32,000 nt of DNA, taken from NCBI GenBank assembly GCA_963843975.1, contig CAWJMG010000001.1, positions 90,001 through 122,000 on the forward strand. The letters are read 5' to 3'. Source of the stretch: an uncultured Actinomycetes bacterium. GTDB lineage: Bacteria; Actinomycetota; Actinomycetes; S36-B12; CAIYMF01. Every line of letters begins with the position of its first letter. The stretch's first letter is position 1. The notes beneath the pieces were generated by a model. It saw only the letters and a program-made list of their open reading frames with translations, had not been told where the DNA came from and searched no databases. Position numbers and translations under genes: made by a program. This document shows, piece after piece, positions 19,229 to 29,824 of this stretch.

Positions 19229-20865
19229 TCAGCCCTTGACCTTGGTGATCGTCAGGTTCTCGACCTCGGACTCGTCGAGAGCCTCCGCGACCGGCTCGTT
19301 GACGACGAGCGGCTTGCCCGCCGACGTCGTGAACTGCTGCTTGAACGAACCGACCGCCTTCTCGAGGAGGTTGACCGAGTCGTCGCTGAGGTCCGTGGTC
19401 TCACGGATCGAGGTCGAGGATCGCGCTGTGGTCGCGCTTCAGGTAGTCGAGGAACTCGCGCTCGAAGCGACGGATGTCCTCGAGCGGGACGTCGTCGAGC
19501 TTGCCCGTCGTACCGGACCACACCGAGACGACCTCCTCCTCCATGGGGAAGGGGGCGTACTGCGGCTGCTTGAGCAGCTCGACGAGGCGCGAGCCACGGG
19601 CGAGCTGGGCCTTGGAGGCGGCGTCGAGGTCCGAGCCGAAGGCCGAGAACGCCTCGAGCTCGCGGAACTGCGCCAGGTCGAGGCGCAGACGGCCGGCGAC
19701 CTTCTTCATGGCCTTGAGCTGGGCCGAGCCACCGACGCGGGAGACCGAGATGCCGACGTTGATCGCCGGGCGGACGCCCGAGTTGAACAGGTCGGACTCG
19801 AGGAAGCACTGGCCGTCGGTGATCGAGATGACGTTGGTCGGGATGTACGCCGACACGTCGTTGGCCTTGGTCTCGATGATCGGCAGGCCCGTCATCGAGC
19901 CGGCGCCGAGCTCGTCCGAGAGCTTCGCGCAGCGCTCGAGCAGCCGCGAGTGCAGGTAGAAGACGTCACCGGGGTACGCCTCGCGGCCCGGCGGGCGGCG
20001 CAGCAGCAGCGACACGGCGCGGTAGGCCTCGGCCTGCTTGGACAGGTCGTCGAAGATGATGAGGACGTGCTGGCCCTGGTACATCCAGTGCTGGCCGATG
20101 GCCGAGCCGGTGTACGGCGCGAGGTACTTGAAGCCGGCCGGGTCAGAGGCGGGCGACGCGACGATGGTGGTGTACTCCATCGCGCCGTTCTCCTCGAGCG
20201 CACCCTTGACCGCCGCGATGGTCGAGCCCTTCTGGCCGATCGCGACGTAGATGCACTTGACCTGCTTCTTGGGGTCGCCGGACTCCCAGTTCTGCTTCTG
20301 GTTGATGATCGTGTCGACGGCGACGGCGGTCTTGCCGGTCTGGCGGTCGCCGATGATCAGCTGGCGCTGGCCGCGGCCGATGGCGGTCATGGCGTCGATG
20401 GCCTTGATGCCCGTCTGCATGCGGCTCCTTGACCGGCTGCCGCTGGACGACCGTGGGCGCCTGCAGCTCGAGCGGGCGGCGGGCCTCGGCCGTGATCGGG
20501 CCCTGGCCGTCGATCGGGTTGCCCAGCGGGTCGACCACGCGGCCGAGGAAGCCGTCGCCGACCGGCACGGAGAGGATCTCCCCGGTGCGGCGGACCGACT
20601 GGCCCTCCTCGATGCGGGAGCCGTCGCCGAGGAGCACGGTGCCGATCTCGCGGACGTCGAGGTTGAGAGCGAGGCCGAGGAGGCCGTTCTCGAACTCGAG
20701 CAGCTCGTTGGTCATGGCCGAGTGCAGGCCCTCGACGCGCGCGATGCCGTCACCGGTCTCGACGACGCGGCCGACCTCCTCGCGGGTGGTCCCGGGCGCG
20801 TACGACTCGACGTTCCGGGCGATCGCGTCGCGGATGTCCTCCGGTCGGATCGTCAGCTCCGTCAT
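19229..20865 (-). pseudogene. atpA: F0F1 ATP synthase subunit alpha, frame broken twice (one extra base near 20419-20421 and one near 19412)
   Basis: Track pieces are 20143..20865, which is valid up to ...QPVKEP, and 19401..20420 ([31 protein letters not shown]...DHSAILD). A third-frame tail follows: [27 protein letters not shown]...ITKVKG, ending at TGA 19231-19229. The span is 1637 nt (3n+2). The repaired product would be 544 aa. Confidence 0.95.
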
Positions 20866-20941
20866 GGTGTCCTGCTCTCTCGTTCCACGCGCCGGGCTCG
20901 GCGCCTGCTGTCGGGTGTCCAGGGGGCGTGCGGGGTGGTGC

Positions 20942-21751
20942 TCAGGCTGAGACTGCGCGGCGCGCCTGCTCGAGGCGGCTCGCCACGCTGCCGTCGATGA
21001 CGTCGTCGCCCACCCGGACGACGATGCCTCCGACGACCTCGGGGTCGACGATCACGTTGAGCCGCACGTCGCGGCCCTGGAGGGTGGAGAGGGCGGCTGC
21101 GAGGCGGCCGGTCTGCTCCGGGGTGAGGCCGACCGCGGTGCGCACCTCGGCGAGCAGGCGCTGACGCTGGTCGGCCGCCAGCGTGGCCAGGGCATCGATC
21201 ACGACGGCCGGCTGGCGGCCGCGGAGGTTGGCCGCGGCGTACGACACGAGCGAGGTGGTCGTCGGGTTCGCCGTGGCGCCGATGAGGTCGCGCACGAGCG
21301 CCGACTTGTGCTCGGCGGCGAGCGACGGGTCGGTGAGGGCCATCTGGAGGTCGGCCGAGCCGTCGACGGCGCGCCCCACCCGGAACAGCTCGTCCTCGAC
21401 CCGGTCGAGCGACCCGTCGGACTCCGCCACGGTGAAGGCGGCCTGCGCACCGAGCTGCTCGACGGCGTCGACCATGTCGACGTCGTTCGACCAGCGCGCC
21501 GACACGACCTCGTCGAGAACGGCGAGCGAGGTGTCGGACACCTTGCCGCCGAAGAGGTCGCGCACGATGGCGCCGCGGGTGCCGACCGGCTGGCCGGAGT
21601 CCGCGAGCGCCTGGCGCAGCGACTTCTCCTGGCCGAGCAGCCCGGCGACCGCGAGCAGGTCGCCCGAGACCGACGCGAAGCCGGCCTCGCCGCTGCGGGC
21701 GTCGAGCGACGTCCGCAGCGCGGCGAAGGAGTGGCGGGAGGAACCGAGCAT
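20942..21751 (-). CDS. atpH: F0F1 ATP synthase subunit delta
   Basis: Tail of track ORF 20942..22204 from ATG 21751, overlapping the atpF stop as TGATG. It reads [16 protein letters not shown]...[17 protein letters not shown]. Confidence 0.9.
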   Translation of the reverse strand: MLGSSRHSFAALRTSLDARSGEAGFASVSGDLLAVAGLLGQEKSLRQALADSGQPVGTRGAIVRDLFGGKVSDTSLAVLDEVVSARWSNDVDMVDAVEQLGAQAAFTVAESDGSLDRVEDELFRVGRAVDGSADLQMALTDPSLAAEHKSALVRDLIGATANPTTTSLVSYAAANLRGRQPAVVIDALATLAADQRQRLLAEVRTAVGLTPEQTGRLAAALSTLQGRDVRLNVIVDPEVVGGIVVRVGDDVIDGSVASRLEQARRAVSA

Positions 21752-22302
21752 CAGGCGTTCGCCCCGTTCGCAGCCTCGGCCTCGAGGTCGGCGATGAACC
21801 GGTCGACGGTGGCGCGGGCGCGGGCGTCGTCCTCGAGGGACTCGCCGACGACCTTGCCGGCCAGCGACACGGCCAGGGTGCCGACCTCGCGACGCAGCGA
21901 CGCCACGGTCGAGGCGCGCTCGGCCGTGATGGCCGCCTCGGCGCGGGCCGTGACAGCCGCCGCGACCTCGGTCGCCTCGCGGCGGGCCTCGTCGATGATC
22001 GCCGTCTTGTCCGCCTGAGCCTGCGCCCGGATCTGGGCCGCCTCGGTGCGAGCCTCGGCCAGCTGCGCGCGGTACTGCTCGAGCAGCGCCTCGGCCTCGG
22101 CCTCGCGCGCCTCGGAGCGGGCGATGCCGCCCTCGATGGCAGCACTGCGCTCGTCGAGCGCCTTGCGGATGCCGGGCAGCGCGAACTTGCTCAGCGCCCA
22201 CCACACCACCAGGAACGCGAGAATCCCCAGCACCAGCTCGTCGAGCGGTACGCCGAGAACGTTCGGGCCGCCCTCGGAAGCGAGGAGGTTCACAGGAGTC
22301 AC
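21751..22302 (-). CDS. atpF: F0F1 ATP synthase subunit b
   Basis: 183 aa with a GTG start. It has one N-terminal TM followed by a long Ala/Glu/Arg-rich helix. Confidence 0.9.
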   Translation of the reverse strand: MTPVNLLASEGGPNVLGVPLDELVLGILAFLVVWWALSKFALPGIRKALDERSAAIEGGIARSEAREAEAEALLEQYRAQLAEARTEAAQIRAQAQADKTAIIDEARREATEVAAAVTARAEAAITAERASTVASLRREVGTLAVSLAGKVVGESLEDDARARATVDRFIADLEAEAANGANA

Positions 22303-22341
22303 CCTTCGTCAGGTTGGTCGTTCAGCTCGGAGGAGCGACGA

Positions 22342-22608
<267 letters not shown>

Positions 22609-22661
22609 TCATCGTGTGGAGCGTCTGAGTAGTGCGGGTAGTGCGCGTGCGTCGTGCTGGT

Positions 22662-23513
22662 CTAGTGGGCGTTCACCGAGTCGTTGAGGTAGACCGCGGC
22701 GAGCAGGGTGAAGACGTAGGCCTGCAGGGCCTGGATGCCCATCTCGAAGCCGGTGAGCGCGATCGTCACGACGGTCGAGGCGGCCGAGCCGAAGAGCCCG
22801 ATGACGGCGACCCCGCTCGGCTCGGAGAACAGGTTGGTCGGGAAGAGGTACCAGGCCGCGATCGAGAAGGTCGCGATCAGCATGTGGCCGGCGAACATGT
22901 TGGCGAACAGACGCACCGAGTGCGTGAACGGGCGCACGATGAAGTTCGACAGGATCTCGATCGGGATCAGCAGGACGTACATCAGCTTCGGCACGTCGCG
23001 CGGCATCGTCATGCCCTTGAAGAAGGGCAGCAGGCCCTGGCGCTTGACGCCCAGGGGCACCCACGCGAGGTAGACGATGGCGGCGAAGGCCACGGGGATG
23101 GCGAACTTGCTGGTGACCGGGATCTGGGCGAACGGGATGATGCCCCAGAGGTTGTTCAGCCAGATGAAGAAGAAGAACGAGAACAGCAGGGGGACGAAGC
23201 GGTCGCCCTCCTTGCCGATCGTGTCGCGGGCGATGCCGTCGCGCACGAAGAGGTAGCCGTACTCCGCGACGCCCTGCATGCGACCGGGCACGATCTTGGC
23301 CTTGCGGAAGGTCAGGACGAAGAAGCCCACGACCAGGATGACCGCGAGCCACAGCAGGATCATCGGCTTGGTGACCGCGAACTCGGTCTGGCCGATCGTG
23401 AACTTGGCGATCTCGTCGAAGAAGAAGATGTCCTGCTTCGGTGCCGGGAAGCCGCACCCACCCGTGGAGAGGTGGCACGACTCGGCGGCGGCGGCGATCA
23501 GCTCACCGGACAC
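22662..23513 (-). CDS. atpB: F0F1 ATP synthase subunit a
   Basis: 283 aa. The essential Arg lies in SVRLFANMFAGH. GTG start has GAGGAG upstream. Confidence 0.93.
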   Translation of the reverse strand: MSGELIAAAAESCHLSTGGCGFPAPKQDIFFFDEIAKFTIGQTEFAVTKPMILLWLAVILVVGFFVLTFRKAKIVPGRMQGVAEYGYLFVRDGIARDTIGKEGDRFVPLLFSFFFFIWLNNLWGIIPFAQIPVTSKFAIPVAFAAIVYLAWVPLGVKRQGLLPFFKGMTMPRDVPKLMYVLLIPIEILSNFIVRPFTHSVRLFANMFAGHMLIATFSIAAWYLFPTNLFSEPSGVAVIGLFGSAASTVVTIALTGFEMGIQALQAYVFTLLAAVYLNDSVNAH

Positions 23514-23937
23514 GGGACGACTCCTCTGAGGTGGTGCCGGTCTTGTCGGGCATCGGTGCGACGACCTCCGTGCGGGAGTCCGTCAGGGACGGGCCTTCCC
23601 GCGGCGTCTCGGGCTCGCGTCCCAGGGACTCGAGCTTGCGGAACAGCATGAAGAGAGCGAGAGAGACCCCGAAGAGGACCCCTCCAGCGATGAAGAGGGG
23701 CCGGTGCCCCAGCCACGTCCCCAGCAGCCAGCCCAGGCCGCCGTACAGGATGATCCCGGCGGTGATGTGGCTGACAGCCGACCAGGCGGCATCGTCGGAC
23801 ACGCGGCTGGTGGGCTGCGCGCCCGGCTCTGCCGCGGACGCCTTCGTCGCGGCCAGACGGTACCACTGGGCGTCCCGGTGCCCGGAGCGGGGTACGGGGA
23901 CCGCGGTGCGCTTCTTCGACGGCGACGACGTGCTCAC
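23503..23937 (-). CDS. AtpZ/AtpI-family small membrane protein (start uncertain)
   Basis: Good codon bias in this frame. The two-TM core reads AWSAVSHITAGIILYGGLGWLLGTWLGHRPLFIAGGVLFGVSLALFMLF. GTG 23937 overlaps the upstream stop (GTGA), and the 3' end overlaps the atpB start by 11 nt. An internal GTG (VSDDAAW) is an alternative start. Confidence 0.5.
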   Translation of the reverse strand: MSTSSPSKKRTAVPVPRSGHRDAQWYRLAATKASAAEPGAQPTSRVSDDAAWSAVSHITAGIILYGGLGWLLGTWLGHRPLFIAGGVLFGVSLALFMLFRKLESLGREPETPREGPSLTDSRTEVVAPMPDKTGTTSEESSRVR

Positions 23938-24410
23938 TGGGCCTCCCCCGCGGTCGGCGTCTCGGCGACGGCATCGGCCGAGCGGGAGGGGTCGACGTAC
24001 AGGATCTTGACGCGCTGCGAGGCGATGATCGAGCCGACGATCCAGGCGAGCGTGACCGCCAGGATCGCCATGCCGAAGACTCGGCCGTCGAGCCAGGTGG
24101 CGTCGCGCAGCAGGATGATCAGGCCGAACAGCACCAGCACCTGGGTGAGGTACAGCAGCAGGCCCGCCGACAGCGCGAGGTCGGGGTTGCCGTCGAGGAT
24201 GCGCCCGAGGACGTACTGGCCGACCGCGAAGAAGGCGATCGCCACCACCGCGCCGAGCGCGGCGCCGAGGGCTCCGTTCGGGCCCTTGAAGACCCATCCG
24301 AGGACCACCGCGACCACGCCGACGACGGCTGCCGGGATCGCAGCGGTGCGCAGAGCGACGGCAGACGCCTGGGTGGAGCTCAGGGGGTGTCCGTCGGAGG
24401 CGGCGGGCAT
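23934..24410 (-). CDS. atpI: ATP synthase protein I-like membrane protein
   Basis: 158 aa with four hydrophobic helices. It is the first gene of the atp cluster, in the position occupied by atpI in other actinobacteria. Confidence 0.6.
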   Translation of the reverse strand: MPAASDGHPLSSTQASAVALRTAAIPAAVVGVVAVVLGWVFKGPNGALGAALGAVVAIAFFAVGQYVLGRILDGNPDLALSAGLLLYLTQVLVLFGLIILLRDATWLDGRVFGMAILAVTLAWIVGSIIASQRVKILYVDPSRSADAVAETPTAGEAQ

Positions 24411-24416
24411 GTCCGC

Positions 24417-24446
24417 AGCCTAGATGAACGGAGGGTAGCCGCCCAA
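24417..24446 (-). promoter_or_regulatory. candidate atp operon promoter (TTGGGC - 18 nt - TAGGCT - 6 nt - ATG), leaderless
   Basis: This lies in the locally AT-richer 68-nt wecA-atpI spacer. The -10 is at 24422-24417 and the -35-like hexamer at 24446-24441 on the reverse strand. Confidence 0.3.
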
Positions 24447-24478
24447 ATGAAAGCGTTACCGGCGGACGGAGATCCGCG

Positions 24479-25576
24479 TCACGCGCGGAGCCGCGCCTCG
24501 CGCATCCTCGGCCACCGGACGGCGACGTAGAGGATCGCGGCCCCGCAGACGAACCAGATCGCGGCCACCCCGACCGGCACGAAGGCCAGGCCGACGGCGG
24601 TGAAGGCGAGCAGGCCCGTCCACCCGTACATGAGCAGGACGGCCCGGCGCTGGCTGTGGCCGATCTCGAGGAGCCGGTGGTGCAGGTGCTGCTTGTCCGG
24701 CGAGAACGGGCTCCGCCCGGCGCGGGTCCGGCGTACCACGGCGAGCAGCATGTCGAGCAGCGGCACGGCCATCACGGCAGCGGGCAGCAGGATCGGGAGC
24801 AGCGCGGGCACGAAGGTCGGGCCGGGGACGACGTTGGGATCGAGTTGGCCGACGAGCGTGATGACCGAGCTCGCCATGAGCAGGCCGATGAGCATCGAGC
24901 CGGTGTCGCCCATGAAGATGCGCGCCGGATTGAGGTTGTGCGGCAGGAAGCCGGCGCACATGCCCGCGAGGATCGCCGAGACAAGAGCCGCGATCGTGGC
25001 CCGGGTGAAGCCGTACTCGAACGACAGCAGGTACGAGTAGGCGAAGAAGGCGAGCGCCCCGATGCCCACGATCCCCGCGGCGAGGCCGTCGAGGCCGTCG
25101 ACGAAGTTGATGGCATTCACCGCGACCGTGACCACGAGCACCGTGAGCAGCACCGAGGTGAGCGGGTCGAGCACGAGGGTGCCGCCGATGGGCAGCCACA
25201 CGATCGCGATCCCCTGCAGGGCCATGACGGCGCCCGCGAGCGCCTGGCCGGCGAACTTGGTCGGGGCGTCGAGGCCGTACTTGTCGTCGATCATCCCGAG
25301 CACGACCAGGATCGCCGCGGCCGACAGCAGCGCGACCGGCTCGCTCGAGCCCTCGAACACCGAGCGCATCAACGGCAGCTGGCTCGCGACGAGCATCGCG
25401 GCCAGCAGGCCGCCAACCATCCCGAGGCCGCCGAGCCGTGGGGTCGGCTCGTCATGGACGTCCCGGTCACGCACCTCCGCCATGGCGCCCCACCACAGCG
25501 CGAAGCGCCGCGCGAGCGGGGTGACCAGGTAGGTCACCGCCGCCGCGATGGTGAGGCAGAGGAGGTACTCGCGCAC
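24479..25576 (-). CDS. wecA: undecaprenyl-phosphate GlcNAc-1-phosphate transferase (MraY/WecA glycosyltransferase family 4)
   Basis: 365 aa polytopic protein. It contains [22 protein letters not shown] and [11 protein letters not shown]. Its position upstream of atpI is conserved. Confidence 0.9.
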   Translation of the reverse strand: MREYLLCLTIAAAVTYLVTPLARRFALWWGAMAEVRDRDVHDEPTPRLGGLGMVGGLLAAMLVASQLPLMRSVFEGSSEPVALLSAAAILVVLGMIDDKYGLDAPTKFAGQALAGAVMALQGIAIVWLPIGGTLVLDPLTSVLLTVLVVTVAVNAINFVDGLDGLAAGIVGIGALAFFAYSYLLSFEYGFTRATIAALVSAILAGMCAGFLPHNLNPARIFMGDTGSMLIGLLMASSVITLVGQLDPNVVPGPTFVPALLPILLPAAVMAVPLLDMLLAVVRRTRAGRSPFSPDKQHLHHRLLEIGHSQRRAVLLMYGWTGLLAFTAVGLAFVPVGVAAIWFVCGAAILYVAVRWPRMREARLRA

Positions 25577-25591
25577 GGGAGGACCGATCCG

Positions 25592-26858
25592 TCAGGAGGC
25601 GTACGCCGGCTTGCTCTTCACGAGGTCGTGCACCTCGGCGGCCACCGCGGCGGTCTGCGAGCCGTCGGCGTCCTTCACCGCGCGAGAGATCAGCGAGGCG
25701 ACGACCTTCATGTCGGCCTCGTCGAGCCCCTGCGTGGTCGTCGCGGGGGTGCCCACCCGGATGCCGGACGCGATGCTCGGCGGCTGCGGGTCGTACGGGA
25801 TCGCGTTCTTGTTGAGCACGATCTTCGCGGCGCCGGCCCGGGCCTCGGCCTCGGCGCCGGTGACGCCGATGCCCTGCAGGTCGAGCAGCGACAGGTGGGT
25901 GTCGGTGCCCCCGGTGATCGGGCGCATGCCCTCCTCCGCCAGCGCGGCGGTGAGCGCCTGGGAGTTGGCGATGACCTGCTTGGCGTAGGTCTGGTACTCG
26001 GGGGTCGCCGCCTCCTTGAGGGCCACGGCCTTGGCAGCCACGGCGTGCATGAGCGGACCGCCCTGCATCATCGGGAAGACGGCCTTGTCGAGCGCCGCGG
26101 CGTGCTCGGCCTTGCACACGAGCATGCCGCCGCGCGGGCCGCGCAGGACCTTGTGCGTGGTGAACGTGACGACGTCGGCGTACGGCACCGGGCTCGGGAT
26201 CGCCTTGCCGGCGACCAGGCCGATGAAGTGGGCGGCGTCGACCATGAGGATCGCGCCGACCTCGTCGGCGACCGCGCGGAACGCGGCGAAGTCGATGAGG
26301 CGCGGGATCGCCGAGCCCCCGCAGATGATCATCTTCGGGCGGTGCTCGAGGGCGAGGTCTGCGCATCTGGTCGTAGTCGATGTCCTCGGTCTCCTGGCTG
26401 ACGCCGTAGTGCACGGCGTTGAACCACTTGCCCGAGAACGACACCTTCGTGCCGTGGGTCAGGTGGCCGCCGTGCGGCAGGCTCATCGCGAGGACGGTGT
26501 CGCCCGGCTGCAGGAACGCGCCGTACACGGCGATGTTCGCGCTGGCGCCGCTGTGGGGCTGCAGGTTGGCGTGGTCGGCGCCGAAGAGCGCCTTCGCCCG
26601 CTCGATGCCGAGGGTCTCGGCCTGGTCGACGACCTCGCAGCCGCCGTAGTAGCGCTTCCCGGGGTAGCCCTCGGCGTACTTGTTCGACAGCGTCGAGCCG
26701 AGCGCGGCCAGCACGGCGGGCGAGGTGAAGTTCTCGCTCGCGATGAGCTGCAGGCCGTCGTTGAGACGGTCGCGCTCGGCGAGCAGGATCCGGGCGATCT
26801 CGGGGTCGGTGGCCTCGAGCGCGCCGAAGTCGGCGCCGAAGGGCGTGGCAGAGGTCAT
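25592..26858 (-). pseudogene. glyA: serine hydroxymethyltransferase, frame broken by one extra base at about 26360
   Basis: Track piece 25467..26858 is valid up to ...[11 protein letters not shown]. Track piece 25592..26332 ([15 protein letters not shown]...[12 protein letters not shown]...) is in the next frame. The bridging residues DLALEHRPK are readable once one base is removed. The span is 1267 nt (3n+1). Confidence 0.93.
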
Positions 26859-26869
26859 GGCACGTGAGC

Positions 26870-27514
26870 CTAGCCGGGAAGGATCTCCGGGCAGACAGTG
26901 CGGAGGGTGTCGAGGTCGACGGCGCCGGGCCGCAGGAGGCGGGGCACGGAGCCGGAGACGTCGACGACCGTGCTCGGCACGGCGTCGAGGCTGGGGCCGC
27001 CGTCGAGGTAGATCGCGGCGCGGTCGCCGAGCTGCTCGCGGGCCTCGGCCGCGGTGGCGGCGGGGGCGCCGCCGGCGACGTTGGCGCCGGACACGGCGAG
27101 CGGACCGGTCACGCGCAGCAGCTCGATCGCCACGGGGTGCAGGGGCATCCGCAGCGCGACCGTGCCGGCGGAGTCGCCGAGGTCCCAGGCCAGCGTGGGC
27201 TGCTGACGGACGACGAGGGTGAGGCCTCCGGGCCAGAATCCCTGGACCAGGTCGCGCGCGGCCTTCGTGAGGCCGTAGCCCAGCCCCTCGATGGTCTCCG
27301 GGCTCCCGACGAGCACCTGCAGCGGGAGGTCTCGCCCGCGGCCCTTGGCCGAGCGGATGCCTGCGGCGCCGCGCGGGTTGAAGGCGTCAGTGGCGAGCGC
27401 GTAGACCGTGTCGGTCGGCAGGACGACGAGGTCGCCGCGGCGCGCCGCACTGGCCGCGGCGTCCAGCCCGCGCTGGCGCGCCGACGGGTCGGCCATGTCG
27501 AACTCGAGGCTCAC
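26870..27514 (-). CDS. L-threonylcarbamoyladenylate synthase (TsaC/Sua5/YrdC family)
   Basis: 214 aa. It contains [16 protein letters not shown] and PLAVSGANV. The start is GTG 27514 or ATG 27496. Confidence 0.85.
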   Translation of the reverse strand: MSLEFDMADPSARQRGLDAAASAARRGDLVVLPTDTVYALATDAFNPRGAAGIRSAKGRGRDLPLQVLVGSPETIEGLGYGLTKAARDLVQGFWPGGLTLVVRQQPTLAWDLGDSAGTVALRMPLHPVAIELLRVTGPLAVSGANVAGGAPAATAAEAREQLGDRAAIYLDGGPSLDAVPSTVVDVSGSVPRLLRPGAVDLDTLRTVCPEILPG

Positions 27515-27528
27515 GGCCCGATCCTGCC

Positions 27529-28446
27529 TCAGGCCCGGACAGCGCTGGTGGCGCGGTCGCGACCGCCGAGGTCGACGTGGTCCTCGACCCGGGTGAAGGC
27601 ACCGTGCTCGCGGAGCACGTGCGGCACGCCGGCCGCTCCCCCGCCCTCGCCCTGCTCGTCGCCGTGCTCCACGACGAGGACGCCGCCCGGCCGCAGCAGC
27701 GCGGCGGCGGCATCGGCGAGGCCGCGCACGATCTCGAGGCCGTCCGGGCCGCCGAACAGCGCGCGCGGCGGGTCGTGCTGCGCCACCTCGGGGTCGCGCG
27801 GCACAGCGGCGTCCGGGATGTACGGCGGGTTCGTCACGACGAGGTCGAACCGGCCGACGAGCGCCGCGAGCGACGCGAGGTGAGCCTGCGTCGCATCGCC
27901 GACGTGCAGCTCGAGCGACGAGCCCACGGCGGCGACGGCGGCTGAGTTCTCCTCGACGTTGCGGCGCGCCCAGCCGGCGGCGACCTCGTCGAGCTCGACC
28001 GCGTGCACGACCGAGCCGGGCACCTCGGTCGCCAGCGCCAGGGCGATCGCGCCCGACCCGGTGCAGAGGTCGACGGCGAGCCTCGAGCCCTCGGGCGCCT
28101 CACGCAGAGCGCGGATCGCGATCTCGGCGACGCTCTCGGTCTCGGTCCGCGGCACGAACACCCCGCGGCCGACTGCCAGCGTGAGGTGGCGGAACGGCGC
28201 CTCACCGAGGAGGTGCTGCAGCGGCACGCGCGCGGCCCGCTTCACCAGCAGCGCCTCGAACCGGACGACGTCCGACGGGTCGGCGGCATCCGACATGAAC
28301 ATGCGACCGCGCGGCACGCCGAGCACGTGCGCCATCAACAGCTCGGCGTCGACGCGGGGCGACGGCACGCCGGAGGTCGCGAGGCGGCGCTCGGCGTCGA
28401 CGAGGACGTCGCGCAGCGTGCGGACCGGCGGCGTGTAGCGCGCCAT
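27529..28446 (-). CDS. prmC: peptide chain release factor N5-glutamine methyltransferase
   Basis: 305 aa. SAM motif is DLCTGSGAIA and the catalytic motif is NPPYIP. The ATG overlaps the prfA stop (TGATG). Confidence 0.9.
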   Translation of the reverse strand: MARYTPPVRTLRDVLVDAERRLATSGVPSPRVDAELLMAHVLGVPRGRMFMSDAADPSDVVRFEALLVKRAARVPLQHLLGEAPFRHLTLAVGRGVFVPRTETESVAEIAIRALREAPEGSRLAVDLCTGSGAIALALATEVPGSVVHAVELDEVAAGWARRNVEENSAAVAAVGSSLELHVGDATQAHLASLAALVGRFDLVVTNPPYIPDAAVPRDPEVAQHDPPRALFGGPDGLEIVRGLADAAAALLRPGGVLVVEHGDEQGEGGGAAGVPHVLREHGAFTRVEDHVDLGGRDRATSAVRA

Positions 28447-29525
28447 CAGGCCTCGCCGCCGAGCGAGGCCATGCGTGCGGCGAGGTCGGCGTCGACGCAG
28501 GCCTGCACCAGCGTCTCGATCTCGCCGTCGAGCACTGCGTCGAGGTTGTACGCCTTGAACCCGACGCGGTGGTCGCTGATGCGGTTCTCCGGGAAGTTGT
28601 ACGTGCGGATGCGCTCCGAGCGGTCGACGGTGCGCACCTGCGAGCGCCGGACGTCCGAGGCCTCCTTGGCCGCGGCCTCCTCGGCGATCGCGACGAGCCG
28701 CGCGCGCAGGATGCGCATCGCGGACTCCTTGTTCTGCAGCTGGCTCTTCTCGTTCTGGCAGCTGACCACGACACCGGTCGGGAGGTGCGTGATGCGCACG
28801 GCGGAGTCGGTGGTGTTGACGCTCTGGCCGCCGGGGCCGCTCGACCGGTACACGTCGATGCGCAGATCGTTGGGGTCGATCTCGACCTCGACGTCCTCGG
28901 TCTCGGGCAGCACGAGGACACCCGCGGCGCTCGTGTGGATGCGGCCCTGCGACTCGGTCGCCGGCACGCGCTGCACGCGGTGGACGCCGCCCTCGTACTT
29001 GAGCCGGGCGTACGGCGCCTCGCCGGGCTCGACGGTGCCGCGCGCCTTCACCGCGACCGTGACGTCCTTGTAGCCGCCGAGGTCGGACTGCTCGGCCTCG
29101 AGGACCTCGGCCTTCCAGCCGCGGCGCTCGGCGTAGCGGAGGTACATGCGCAGGAGGTCGCCGGCGAAGAGCGCGGACTCCTCGCCGCCCTCGCCCGCCT
29201 TGATCTCGAGGATGACGTCGGAGTCGTCGAGCGGGTCGCGCGGGATGAGCAGCACCTGCAGCCGGTCGGCCAGCTCGGCGCGGTGCGCCTCGAGCTGCTC
29301 GGCCTCGGCGCGGAACGCGGCATCGTCGCCGGCGAGCTCGAGGGCGGCCTCGAGGTCGTCACCGGTGGTGCGCCACTCGCGGTAGGTGGCCACGACCGGG
29401 CGCAGCTCGGCATAGCGGCGGCCGACCTTGCGGGCCGCTGCCTGGTCGCCGTGGATGTCGGGATCGGCGAGCCGGCGCTCGAGGTCGGCGTACTCGGCCT
29501 CGAAGGCCTCGACGGACTCGAACAT
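28446..29525 (-). CDS. prfA: peptide chain release factor 1
   Basis: Track ORF 28446..29741, trimmed to ATG 29525 ([19 protein letters not shown]) with AAGGGAGA upstream. It has the PAT-type tripeptide region ([14 protein letters not shown]) and the GGQ motif in [12 protein letters not shown]. Confidence 0.95.
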   Translation of the reverse strand: MFESVEAFEAEYADLERRLADPDIHGDQAAARKVGRRYAELRPVVATYREWRTTGDDLEAALELAGDDAAFRAEAEQLEAHRAELADRLQVLLIPRDPLDDSDVILEIKAGEGGEESALFAGDLLRMYLRYAERRGWKAEVLEAEQSDLGGYKDVTVAVKARGTVEPGEAPYARLKYEGGVHRVQRVPATESQGRIHTSAAGVLVLPETEDVEVEIDPNDLRIDVYRSSGPGGQSVNTTDSAVRITHLPTGVVVSCQNEKSQLQNKESAMRILRARLVAIAEEAAAKEASDVRRSQVRTVDRSERIRTYNFPENRISDHRVGFKAYNLDAVLDGEIETLVQACVDADLAARMASLGGEA

Positions 29526-29769
29526 GCTTTCTCCCTTCGCGCTGCGCGCGTGCGTCGACAGTGCTCGCTGCGCTCGCCGGCCGGCCACGCCGGGAGCCTC
29601 CTTCGTCGGCTCCCGACCTGTCCGACCGCCGCCGCGAGGTGGGCCGTAACCGTGCCTCGACGGCGTCGGAGCGCTGCGCGCCTCACGCCTCCTCCCCCGA
29701 GCCTGCGGCCCGGGGTCGTCGGCGCGAACCGCCGCAGTCACTGTTCAGGTGGTGCGGGTCGTACAAGCG

Positions 29770-29817
29770 CTGAGGGCGCCCCCGAGCCGTCGCGAGACGG
29801 GTCAGGAGCGCCCTCAG
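29770..29817 (-). terminator. hairpin just downstream of the rpmE stop
   Basis: Outer stem CTGAGGGCGC / GCGCCCTCAG (10 bp) encloses an inner CCGTC-gcga-GACGG. It begins 8 nt after the rpmE stop on the minus strand. Confidence 0.45.
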
Positions 29818-29824
29818 GGGAGTG

